This document shows, piece by piece, positions 9,974 through 18,436 of a stretch of 45,810 nt of DNA. Within the stretch, counting starts at the first letter, position 1, and every line of letters begins with the position of its first letter. The position numbers and the translations under genes were made by a program. Source of the stretch: Berkelbacteria bacterium GW2011_GWA2_35_9. GTDB taxonomy: Bacteria > Patescibacteriota > UBA1384 > GWA2-35-9. Under the pieces are notes generated by a model. It saw only the letters and a list, made by a program, of their open reading frames with translations. It was not told the origin of the DNA and did not search any database. The DNA is taken from positions 1-45,810 of the forward strand of contig LBRB01000005.1 of NCBI GenBank assembly GCA_000991185.1. The letters run 5' to 3'.

Positions 9974-11348
9974 TTACGATCTTGGAAATAGTGGTTTGGC
10001 TTTTCCACTTTTAAGCTGTCTAAGAGTTTTCTCTGAAGTATCAGGTATAAACGGTGCTAAATCGTATGCAATCAGCTCCACTTTACGCAAAAGTAATTTA
10101 ATTGTTTTTTTATCACCCGTTTCTACAATAATCGGGGTTCTCAGGATTAAATTTAATAGTAAATTTTTTTGCTAAAACGACAGTCCGTTGCACCAAATTT
10201 CCAAGCTCGTTAGCTAATTCACTTTCATACCTGCGATCTAATTCTTCAAAACTAAAGTCGCCGTCGTTACCAAACGGAAAACTTGAAATGAGTAAATAGC
10301 GAGTCGCATCCAAACCATACTTATTTATTAATTCTTGAATAGATATTATATTTCCCAAACTTTTCGACATCTTTTGCTTATTGATCGTAAAAAACCCGTG
10401 CGCAAAAAGCTCTTTTGGTAATTCTAGCTCGGCTGATAATAATAATCCAAGCCAGGTAACTCCATGAAAACGCAAAATATCTTTACCAATCAACTGCAAA
10501 TCCGGACTCCAAAATTCCTTATGTTTCGGGTTTCGGATTTCGGATTTCGGGTTTTGAATTACAGACAGGTAATTCAAAAGTGCATCTACCCAAACATAAA
10601 TTGTTTGCTCTTTGTCCCACGGCACCGGAATTCCCCACTCTACTTTGCTTCTTGAAATCGCCGTATCTTCTAGTTTGTTTTGTAAAAATCCCAAAACTTC
10701 GTTTTTGCGTTCAAGTGGTCTAATTTTAACTTCATCCGATTCAATTAATTGAATAATTTTATCTTGATATTGTGATAACTTGAAAAAATAGACTGCTTCT
10801 TTAACATTTTCAACCGGTTTTTTGTGAATTGGACAGTTGCCATTTTCTAAATCTTCAGCTTTTTTATACTCTTCGCAACCAACACAATACAAACCCTCGT
10901 ATATTCCCTGATATATATCACCTTTACTGTAAAGTTTAGTCAAAAATTCCTGAACGAATCTTTCATGGTTTTCATCCGTCGTTCTAACAAAATAATCGTA
11001 ATTAATATTTAAAAGCTTCCACGCATTTTTAAACTCATGCGATATTTTGTCTGTATAATTTTGGATTTTTTCCGACGATCCAATTGTATCGGATGTCGGA
11101 ATCCCGACCGAAGCGTCGGGAAAATTGTGTTTTTTATCTTTTATTTTTAATCTTTGCTCTCCAAAATCCAGCGCCGAGCGCTGTATTTTGGCGCCGTGTT
11201 CATCCGTTCCCGTCAAAAAGAAAACTTTTTCACCCCAACTTTTGTGCGCACGACAAAGAATATCAGCCGCTATGGTTGTATAAGCATGACCAATATGCGG
11301 ACTGGCATTAACATAGTAAATCGGGGTTGTAATATAAAACTTGTTCAT
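9974..11348 (-). CDS. metG: Methionyl-tRNA synthetase; frameshifted with an internal deletion near 10128 as assembled
   Basis: HIGH, TGTDEHG, CxxC knuckle, YVWVDAL, GKDI, KMSKS. The C-terminal VETGDKK...LAPFIPDTSEK...PLFPRS* lies in another frame (10126-9974). Confidence 0.92.
10523..10557. repeat. In-frame heptamer array in metG
   Basis: gtttcgg gtttcgg atttcgg atttcgg gttttga; encodes QNPKSEIRNPK. Confidence 0.88.
11070..11158. repeat. In-frame GC double hairpin plus heptamer array in metG
   Basis: TTCCGAC..GTCGGAA and TCCCGAC-CGAAGC-GTCGGGA (11070-11121), then 4 cttttat-like units (11131-11158); encodes QRLKIKDKKHNFPDASVGIPTSDTIGSSE. Confidence 0.88.
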
Positions 11349-11444
11349 AATATATAGCTATATTACCCTAATCCTTGACATTTTGCAATTTACAGTTCGA
11401 AGTTCGAAAGGAGCTTGAAAATACGGAAAGTCACTCAAACAGCT

Positions 11445-11469
11445 ACCGTGCACTGCGAGGGTGCACGGT
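11445..11469. repeat. GC-rich hairpin just after the NRAMP stop (REP-like or terminator)
   Basis: ACCGTGCAC-7 nt-GTGCACGGT; no clear U-tract. Confidence 0.6.
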
Positions 11470-11475
11470 TGGTTC

Positions 11476-12834
11476 TTATAGATATATAAACATTGCTATG
11501 ACTGCAATCAACATAATCGCAAATGTTAACCAACCTAATACTTTTGAGATTGGCTTGTTAGTATATTTTCCCATAACATCTTTTCTCGAACTAATTAAAA
11601 CGATCATCGCAATCAACGGCACCGCCACAATGCCGTTTAATACTGCCGAATAAAACAACCCCTTGATCGGGTCAATGCCGATAAAATTGATCCCTAAACC
11701 ACACAATGTCGAAATAATAATTATGCCATAAAACCCACTCGCTTCTTTAAACTTATGAAACAAACCCTCTTTCCAACCAAATGCCTCGCTCAAAGCGTAG
11801 GCTGCCGATCCAGCTAATATTGGGATTCCCAATAACCCTGCTGCAATAATTCCAATCATAAAAAACAGACCTGCCATATCGCCGACTAACGGCTGTAAAG
11901 CTAAGGCGGCATCTTGAGCTGATGAAATATTATTAATTCCATTTTTATTCAAAACTGTTGCACAAGTTACTACAATCGAAAAAGCAATTAATTGCGATAG
12001 AACCATCCCTAAAACTGTATCAACCCGCATCTTTTTTAACATTTTAGGATGAACATATTTACTACTAGCATCATCGTTAAGTGCTTTTTCTTCAACTTCT
12101 TCAGACGCTTGCCAGAAAAAAAGATAAGGTGAGATTGTTGTCCCCAAAAAAGCTACTGTCGTCATAATATATTCACCATTAAATTGCCAATTGCTATAGG
12201 TAAATAATGACTTGCCTATGTCTGTCCAGTTTTGAGGCACAGCAAAAAGAGTTAACAAATAAGTTAATAAAAATATTGTCAACCATTTCAAAATATTGGC
12301 ATAGATACGATAGGATATAAAAACTTCAAGAAAAATAATAATTAGTGTAGTGATGATTGCCCAAAAACTGATTTTACCACCCAATATTAAACTTAATGTG
12401 GCTGACATAGCTGAAATATCGGCTCCAATATTGAAAATATTAGCGCCAACTAAAACGAAAACAACTAAAAAGAGAAGATACTTTGAATAATGTTTCTTAA
12501 TATTTCCAGCCAAACCATGACCAGTTACAATTCCAATTCGAGCACAAATTTCTTGAATTGCGATCATCAAAGGAATCTGAATTGGCATCAACCAGTTCAA
12601 TCCCAAACCATACTTTGCTCCCGTAATCGAGTAAGTTCCAATTCCGCTTGGATCATCATCTGAAAAACCAGTAATCACTCCTGGTCCAACGACTTTTGAT
12701 GCTTTTTTTACATTGTCTGAAATTTTTTTCTGATCTTTTTTAATTTCATCTGAAATTTCCCCCAAATGGACGCTCGAAGCTTTTTCAAACTCTTCAATAA
12801 AATCTTCAGTTTTTTCAATTGTTTTCTTTTTCAA
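11476..12834 (-). CDS. NRAMP-family divalent metal transporter
   Basis: DDDPSGIGTYS..GA.YG, GTTISPYLFFWQ, ~11 TM helices. Confidence 0.88.
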   Translation of the reverse strand: MKKKTIEKTEDFIEEFEKASSVHLGEISDEIKKDQKKISDNVKKASKVVGPGVITGFSDDDPSGIGTYSITGAKYGLGLNWLMPIQIPLMIAIQEICARIGIVTGHGLAGNIKKHYSKYLLFLVVFVLVGANIFNIGADISAMSATLSLILGGKISFWAIITTLIIIFLEVFISYRIYANILKWLTIFLLTYLLTLFAVPQNWTDIGKSLFTYSNWQFNGEYIMTTVAFLGTTISPYLFFWQASEEVEEKALNDDASSKYVHPKMLKKMRVDTVLGMVLSQLIAFSIVVTCATVLNKNGINNISSAQDAALALQPLVGDMAGLFFMIGIIAAGLLGIPILAGSAAYALSEAFGWKEGLFHKFKEASGFYGIIIISTLCGLGINFIGIDPIKGLFYSAVLNGIVAVPLIAMIVLISSRKDVMGKYTNKPISKVLGWLTFAIMLIAVIAMFIYL

Positions 12835-13628
12835 TTGTCCAAATTATTTTTTAGAATCGTATACAAATTTTGCCAATCTAAAACCGTTAGATCTTCAGCT
12901 CGATACCCCTCTTTGATCTGACTTTTCTCCATTATATCAAATAAATCCGTTTTATCGAAATTCAAAATCGGAAAGAGGGAATTGATCAGTTTTCGTCTTT
13001 TTTGGGAAAAACCAGCTTTAATTAAACGCATCATTCCCACCTCAAGTGGAGTAATATTATTTTTTTTGCTTAATTTAATGACCGCCGAATCAACTTGAGG
13101 AATTGGTTGAAAATTTTCTTTTGAAACCTCAAATAATATTTCTATTGCGTAATAATACTGCAAAAAAACGGACAAAATCCCACGATTTTTTTCACCCGCT
13201 TTTGAAGCTAATCTTTCAGCCACTTCTTTTTGAACCATCAAAACCGCCATTGTTGGTTTTTCAATTTCACCGGTTACAAAATATTTATTAATTATTGGCG
13301 AAGTAACTGCATAGGGTAAGTTGGAAATTAGCTTATAATCATTTTTAGTAAATCTTGCTAGATCAGTTGAATTAAATTCTAATGCATCTCGATTGACCAC
13401 TTTAATATTTTTGCGATTTTTATAAACTTTTTTAAGTTTTTCCGCTATCCCAAAATCTTTTTCCAAGGCTAAAATGTCAATCGGTTTTTCAATCAATAAA
13501 TCCGTCAAAGCGCCTCTACCCGGACCAATCTCAATTATCTTATCACCAGTTTGCGATTCAATTGCTTCAACAATTTGTTGAGCAATAATTTGGTTAGTTA
13601 AAAAATTTTGACTGAGTTTTGTTTTCAT
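12831..13628 (-). CDS. rsmA: 16S rRNA dimethyladenosine transferase
   Basis: SQNFL, EIGPGRG, NLPY, MVQKEVAER, PQVDS, FSQKRRK, RAEDL. Confidence 0.95.
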   Translation of the reverse strand: MKTKLSQNFLTNQIIAQQIVEAIESQTGDKIIEIGPGRGALTDLLIEKPIDILALEKDFGIAEKLKKVYKNRKNIKVVNRDALEFNSTDLARFTKNDYKLISNLPYAVTSPIINKYFVTGEIEKPTMAVLMVQKEVAERLASKAGEKNRGILSVFLQYYYAIEILFEVSKENFQPIPQVDSAVIKLSKKNNITPLEVGMMRLIKAGFSQKRRKLINSLFPILNFDKTDLFDIMEKSQIKEGYRAEDLTVLDWQNLYTILKNNLDN

Positions 13629-13644
13629 AACTCAAATTATACTT

Positions 13645-14203
13645 TGGAAAACAAAGGAGTACAAGGGAGAACAAATAAATTAATATGGTAAATTCCCTAT
13701 TATTTTTCTTTTAATATTTTGTTTTCGTTTGAATATCAGATCTTCTTTCTGATCTCCGGAATTGATATATTTATTTTCCAAACCTTCAATTTGCCTCAAA
13801 AGCATCATTTTCTCACCCATTAACAATTTGATGGTTTTTGATATTTCATCTAATTCTTGCCCCTTTGTTTTCCTTAGTCTTCCTCTATATTCCCTTTCGA
13901 GCTCAAAATAATCCTCTAATAATTCTATTAGTGACGCTAAACTAAATTTCAAAAACTCAATGTAATTTTTCGTTTGGTTACGGCTCCAACCCTCTGAAAT
14001 ATTGGCAGTAATAGACCGTCCGCATAATTGCATTTGTTCTATTAACCGACGATCTCTATAAGAATCTAAATAACTCCGACAAAATTCCTTAGTCAATACT
14101 TCGATTTCTTTTCCTTGTTGAAAAGTCCTCAATGCTTTATACCCCAATGGATTGAATGTGTTACTTTGCCGCATTGCCCTCCTTTGTACTCCATTGTTTT
14201 CCA
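13645..14203. mobile_element. Putative cassette: four-helix-bundle gene enclosed by 30-bp inverted arms made of 10-mer units
   Basis: 13645-13674 TGGAAAACAAAGGAGTACAAGGGAGAACAA versus the reverse complement of 14174-14203, TGGAAAACAATGGAGTACAAAGGAGGGCAA (26/30 identical). Confidence 0.65.
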
Positions 14204-14204
14204 T
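13680..14204 (-). CDS. Four-helix-bundle protein (23S rRNA IVS-protein/Avd-like family)
   Basis: L..QM....RSI.ANI.EGW.R....YI.FL..S..SL.EL signature. The real start may be the second Met, since the first 10 codons are the repeat arm. Confidence 0.85.
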   Translation of the reverse strand: MENNGVQRRAMRQSNTFNPLGYKALRTFQQGKEIEVLTKEFCRSYLDSYRDRRLIEQMQLCGRSITANISEGWSRNQTKNYIEFLKFSLASLIELLEDYFELEREYRGRLRKTKGQELDEISKTIKLLMGEKMMLLRQIEGLENKYINSGDQKEDLIFKRKQNIKRKIIGNLPY

Positions 14205-14209
14205 CTTAT

Positions 14210-15151
14210 TTATGGTTTAGTAAGCTTAACTTGTATTGTTCCAGCACCAAGCGGAGCTAGTTGGGAAAAAGCGTCGGGTGAAAGATCGATAATTGCATTA
14301 GACTGAATTCCGGGACCGACAATTTTAACCATCACCTGTTTACCATTTGAAATGTTAGTCACTAAAACCATAGTTCCACGAGGCAATGTGTTATGTGCCG
14401 CACTCATAGCTGGAGCACTATACCAAGTTGCTTTTCCAACTCCGTATACCACCTCTTTTGTACCGTAATAAATTATTTCCTCAACCGCCTCTTTGGTTGT
14501 CTCAGTTTTAATTAGTTTACGGCTTTTTTCAATTCCGTTTTCCCGAGTTACTTCATAAGTTAATTTTTTCTCGCCATTTTGTCCTTTTTGAGTGACTTTT
14601 TCTTCGCCTTTCCACATTTCCGGATCCTCTTTTCTGATAGTTGTGTAAGCAATTTTTTCTTTTTCATCAATATTTGTTTTTTCAACTCTAATTATCTCTA
14701 TCTCGAGACCAGCATCAATTTCATGTGCTAAAACCGGGTCGATTTTGTCTAACCCCCCAAGCTCAATCGATTTTTCCTTTAAAAATTCATCAACGTTTTT
14801 TGCAAAAGTTCGATGTTCTCTTGAATATTTTGCGTCAAGAACGGTAACATTTAAAGATCGTTTAATCGAAATTTTTGCGCCTAACCCCAATCCTAAATCA
14901 GGAAAAATCGTAATTTTATCTTGTGGATAAATTGTTAATTCATTTTTCTTAACAAAATCTTTAAAATTATTAATTGATGAATCGGCAAAGTAATTTTCGA
15001 TTTTGATCCGTGAATCTTCTTTATCTTGCTCAGCTTTGGCTACACTGACACCTAAAACTTGTCCTTCAGTATTACTCTCTTCCGGGACAATATTGATAAC
15101 AAATACAAATAACACCGGTAATAAAACTAATGCCAATAATTTTTTCAACAT
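14210..15151 (-). CDS. YabE/RpfB-like cell-wall protein: DUF348 + G5 + RlpA-like DPBB domain
   Basis: Signal/TM segment; G5 (QKGQNGEK.L.Y.V..ENG.E...YGTK); ATWY..AAH.TLP.GT.V.V.N...IIDLS..AF. Confidence 0.85.
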   Translation of the reverse strand: MLKKLLALVLLPVLFVFVINIVPEESNTEGQVLGVSVAKAEQDKEDSRIKIENYFADSSINNFKDFVKKNELTIYPQDKITIFPDLGLGLGAKISIKRSLNVTVLDAKYSREHRTFAKNVDEFLKEKSIELGGLDKIDPVLAHEIDAGLEIEIIRVEKTNIDEKEKIAYTTIRKEDPEMWKGEEKVTQKGQNGEKKLTYEVTRENGIEKSRKLIKTETTKEAVEEIIYYGTKEVVYGVGKATWYSAPAMSAAHNTLPRGTMVLVTNISNGKQVMVKIVGPGIQSNAIIDLSPDAFSQLAPLGAGTIQVKLTKP

Positions 15152-15170
15152 ATTCTTTATTATTTACTAA

Positions 15171-18100
15171 CTAGACAATAAATTCAACCGCTTCGCCGTC
15201 AAGATGTGAAATTTCATCAATAAATCGAGAACGGCTTTGATATTGAAACGATCCGAAAATAAAACGATTTCTGGAGTAGATTAAATAGAGACGGTTTTTG
15301 GCTCTTGTCATACCGACATAACACAACCGTCGCTCTTCTTCTAACTCACTTTCATCCTGTAAACTTCGACCATGAGGCAATAGCCCTTCTTCAAGACCGA
15401 CGACAAAAACCGTCTCGAATTCCAATCCCTTGGCTGAATGTAAAGTCATTAAAGTAACTGCTTGATCGTCGCTATTAATTTTGTCTGTGTCCTGGACCAA
15501 CGCCACTTTTTCTAAAAATCCATCAATTGTTTGGTATTGGCTAGCAACAGTTTTTAACTCTAAAATATTTTCCAAACGACTTTCATTTTCAATCGTTCCA
15601 TCGTCGAGCCATTTTTTATAACCGGTTTTATACATAATTAAATCAATTATTTCCGCCGGTGTTTTAAACTCGATTTTTTCTCGCATACCATCAATCATCT
15701 TCAAAAAATCTTGCACCTTGATTGGTATTTTTTCATTTTGAATTTTAAATTGTGATTTTGAATTTTGCATTTTGAATTTTGCATTCGAAAAACTTTCATA
15801 AGTTTTTCGTCCTATTCCTCTTGTCGGTGTATTGATTATTCTCTCCATTGACACGCTATCATTTGGGTTAACTAAATATCTTAAATAAGCAATTATATCT
15901 TTAACTTCTTTCCGTTCATAAAATCTAATTCCACCAATTAAACGGTACAAAATATTGGCTTTTATTAATCCTTCTTCCAAACTTCGGGATTGAGCATTAG
16001 TACGGTATAAAATTACAATCTCGTTCAGTTTTTGTTGCAAGGCTTTTATCTCACGAATTATAAAATCGATCTCTTCATTTTCGTCTTCAACTTCAAGCAC
16101 CGTAACTGGTAAGTTAGATTTTATTTCAGTCCACAATTTTTTTTCACTGCGAACTCGATTATTTTTTATCAATGCTTGAGCGCCGGTTAAAATATTTTCT
16201 GTCGAGCGATAATTTTGTTCAAGCTTAAAAGTTTTAGCATTCGGATAATCCCGCTCAAAATTCAAAATATTGCGAAAATTTGCGCCTCGCCACGAGTAAA
16301 TTGAATTATGCACTACCACTCCATTCGCTACATAATTATGTAACTTATCTATTTCTAAATCATAAACAAAACCTTGATAATCGATCATTTTAATATCAAC
16401 AATTTCGTCTTCAACAATATTATTATTTTCAATAATCGCAATTTTCATTGATTTTCGAAGATGAGACGCCGGTGTAAAATGCATTCTTTTGCCCTCAACC
16501 AAACAAGCAGTTTTAACTATATTAAAACCTCCTCTGATGCTCGATACTATTTTATTTAATATAATTTCGATTTCACCATAGTCAAGCCTCGTTATTTCCG
16601 TTCGCCAGTCGGATGATTTTCCTTTTCTCGTCATAATTCCTAATTTTTCAATATGTGATTTTAATTCAATATCGCTAGAATTGATTGATAAACGACTCAT
16701 CCCCCAAGGATTGAGAATGCTCTTTCTGCGATCATCAAACAATGCCAACCTTATATTTATCCTCTTGGTGCTATTTCGAATAGTAGCTTGTGGTGTCCAG
16801 TGTGAATATTCTTCAAATAAATATTGATCTGCCATTAATATCTTGGCTTTTTCAACAGTATCGATATTTTTATAAAGGTCGTCTATTTGTTTCTGATCCA
16901 TTATTGTACTTCTTCCTGCTGTAAAAAATATTACTGTCGGTATTCCATATTTAAACGCAAAAAATGATTCCCAATAAATTGCTTCCGCTGAACCATCACA
17001 AACCCTCAATATCCACATTTTATCTGCCTTTTCTTGATTGCCTCTGACTAGTAATCCATTTTGTGGTTTATGTTTTGTTATTCTTGTCCCTTTTGCAATA
17101 CCGACCCTAAATCCTTTATCCTTCCTAAACATTAAATAGACATAAAATATATTTGAATTAATCCCTAATCTTGAAAATACAATATGATTTGGAGTTAATA
17201 ATAATATTTTATTTTTTTTAGTTTTTACCCTAATTAATTTTCCTTTATATGAATATTTTTTTATTTTTTCAATTCCCTTAAAGACTGAACTACCATTGCC
17301 GGAAGCAACTCGAATATTATCTTTCAGTGTAATATTGCAAATATTCTTTAATCCTTTTTGAGTTATTAATTTTGTTAATGGATGGAAGCATTGAAAATCG
17401 TCTCCGACGACGCAGATGTTTTTTGTCTTTTGGCTTAGTAATTTTATTAGCTGATATTGCGGTTCGTTAGTATCTTGATACTCATCAACCATAATGTATT
17501 GAAACTGGTTTTGATAACGATCCAATATTTCCTGAGTGGTTTTAAAAAGCTTAACCACATTGATTAATAAATCATCAAAATCCATGGCGTTATTTTCAAC
17601 CAATCTTTTTTCATAGAGCGTATAAATTTCTGAAATAATTCGAGTAAAATAATCATTTGCAATTTTTTTATATCCAGCACTATCGATCAGTTCAGATTTT
17701 GCGGATGAAATTAATGCCGAGACTAAACCAGGATTAAATTTTTTTGGATCGTATTTGAGATCTTTGACAATTCTTTTAATTAACTGCTTTTGATCATCGC
17801 TATCATAAATTGAGAAATTATTGGTATATTTTAACAACGATTGATCGACTTCTCGACGCAAAATCTTAGCACAAATCGAATGAAAAGTCCCAGCCCATGG
17901 CAATTTATTATTTTGATATTTGGAATTTGAATTTTGTTTAATATTTGAAATTTGAATTTTGGAATTTGAGATGATTAAAAGATTTTCGATTCTTTTAATC
18001 ATCTCTTGCGCTGCTTTATTGGTAAAAGTGACCGCTAAAATCCGAAATGGGCTGACTTTTTTTTCTAAAATCAGATAGGCGAGTCGATGAGTCAAAGTTT

Positions 18101-18206
18101 TTGTTTTCCCACTTCCAGCACCAGCAAAAATCAAAACCGGTCCTTCAGTCTGAAGCACCGCATTTGCTTGTTCTTTATTAAGCCCGTCTAGTATTGAAAT
18201 CGACAT
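15171..18206 (-). CDS. pcrA: PcrA/UvrD SF1 helicase containing an intein and two in-frame repeat insertions
   Basis: AGAGSGKT, TFTNKAA, DEYQD, GDDFQ|SIYSWRGA, LEQNYRS, TLHSAKGLEF, YVGMTRA. Confidence 0.93.
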   Translation of the reverse strand: MSISILDGLNKEQANAVLQTEGPVLIFAGAGSGKTKTLTHRLAYLILEKKVSPFRILAVTFTNKAAQEMIKRIENLLIISNSKIQISNIKQNSNSKYQNNKLPWAGTFHSICAKILRREVDQSLLKYTNNFSIYDSDDQKQLIKRIVKDLKYDPKKFNPGLVSALISSAKSELIDSAGYKKIANDYFTRIISEIYTLYEKRLVENNAMDFDDLLINVVKLFKTTQEILDRYQNQFQYIMVDEYQDTNEPQYQLIKLLSQKTKNICVVGDDFQCFHPLTKLITQKGLKNICNITLKDNIRVASGNGSSVFKGIEKIKKYSYKGKLIRVKTKKNKILLLTPNHIVFSRLGINSNIFYVYLMFRKDKGFRVGIAKGTRITKHKPQNGLLVRGNQEKADKMWILRVCDGSAEAIYWESFFAFKYGIPTVIFFTAGRSTIMDQKQIDDLYKNIDTVEKAKILMADQYLFEEYSHWTPQATIRNSTKRINIRLALFDDRRKSILNPWGMSRLSINSSDIELKSHIEKLGIMTRKGKSSDWRTEITRLDYGEIEIILNKIVSSIRGGFNIVKTACLVEGKRMHFTPASHLRKSMKIAIIENNNIVEDEIVDIKMIDYQGFVYDLEIDKLHNYVANGVVVHNSIYSWRGANFRNILNFERDYPNAKTFKLEQNYRSTENILTGAQALIKNNRVRSEKKLWTEIKSNLPVTVLEVEDENEEIDFIIREIKALQQKLNEIVILYRTNAQSRSLEEGLIKANILYRLIGGIRFYERKEVKDIIAYLRYLVNPNDSVSMERIINTPTRGIGRKTYESFSNAKFKMQNSKSQFKIQNEKIPIKVQDFLKMIDGMREKIEFKTPAEIIDLIMYKTGYKKWLDDGTIENESRLENILELKTVASQYQTIDGFLEKVALVQDTDKINSDDQAVTLMTLHSAKGLEFETVFVVGLEEGLLPHGRSLQDESELEEERRLCYVGMTRAKNRLYLIYSRNRFIFGSFQYQSRSRFIDEISHLDGEAVEFIV
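15734..15787. repeat. In-frame heptamer array in pcrA (54 nt)
   Basis: cattttg aatttta aattgt gattttg aattttg cattttg aattttg cattcg; encodes NAKFKMQNSKSQFKIQN. Confidence 0.88.
16305..17390 (-). mobile_element. Intein (362 aa, C273-N634) in helicase motif III
   Basis: Starts Q|CFHPLT, has block B LTPNHIV, ends VYDLEI...HNYVANGVVVHN|S; removing it restores GDDFQSIYSWRGA. Confidence 0.95.
17909..17968. repeat. In-frame heptamer array in pcrA (4 units + 4 nt + 4 units = 60 nt)
   Basis: tattttg atatttg gaatttg aattttg ttta atatttg aaatttg aattttg gaatttg; encodes SNSKIQISNIKQNSNSKYQN. Confidence 0.9.
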
Positions 18207-18212
18207 AGAATT

Positions 18213-18221
18213 AGTATAACA
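18213..18221 (-). promoter_or_regulatory. Extended -10 element 6 nt upstream of the pcrA ATG (leaderless-type)
   Basis: TGTTATACT-aattct-ATG. Confidence 0.6.
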
Positions 18222-18240
18222 CTCAAAATTTGTAATTAAT

Positions 18241-18329
18241 AATTAATATCTCAGAATTAAGTCCCGACGATTAATAAATGTCGGGATCCCGATCGAAGCA
18301 TCGGGAAATCTAATTTAAAATTAATAATC
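18241..18329. repeat. Inverted copy of the junction repeat interrupted by a 45-nt GC double hairpin (18262-18306)
   Basis: The flanks match the reverse complement of 22297-22340; the insert is the same family as 11070-11121. Confidence 0.85.
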
Positions 18330-18338
18330 ATTGTTTTA

Positions 18339-18428
18339 TGTCATCCTCGAGCCGGTGTGAGTATATCGAACACCGACATCGGGTATCCAGTGATTAATAC
18401 TGGATTCCGGATCAAGTCCGGGATGACA
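18339..18428. mobile_element. MITE/REP-like palindromic element, full copy (90 bp)
   Basis: TGTCATCC...ATCCAG-spacer-CTGGATTCCGGATCAAGTCCGGGATGACA. Confidence 0.8.
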
Positions 18429-18436
18429 CAGGGATC

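Noticed and set aside
13680-14204. Diversity-generating retroelement
   Set aside because: Avd-like fold only. No reverse transcriptase and no TR/VR pair differing at adenines was seen in the window.
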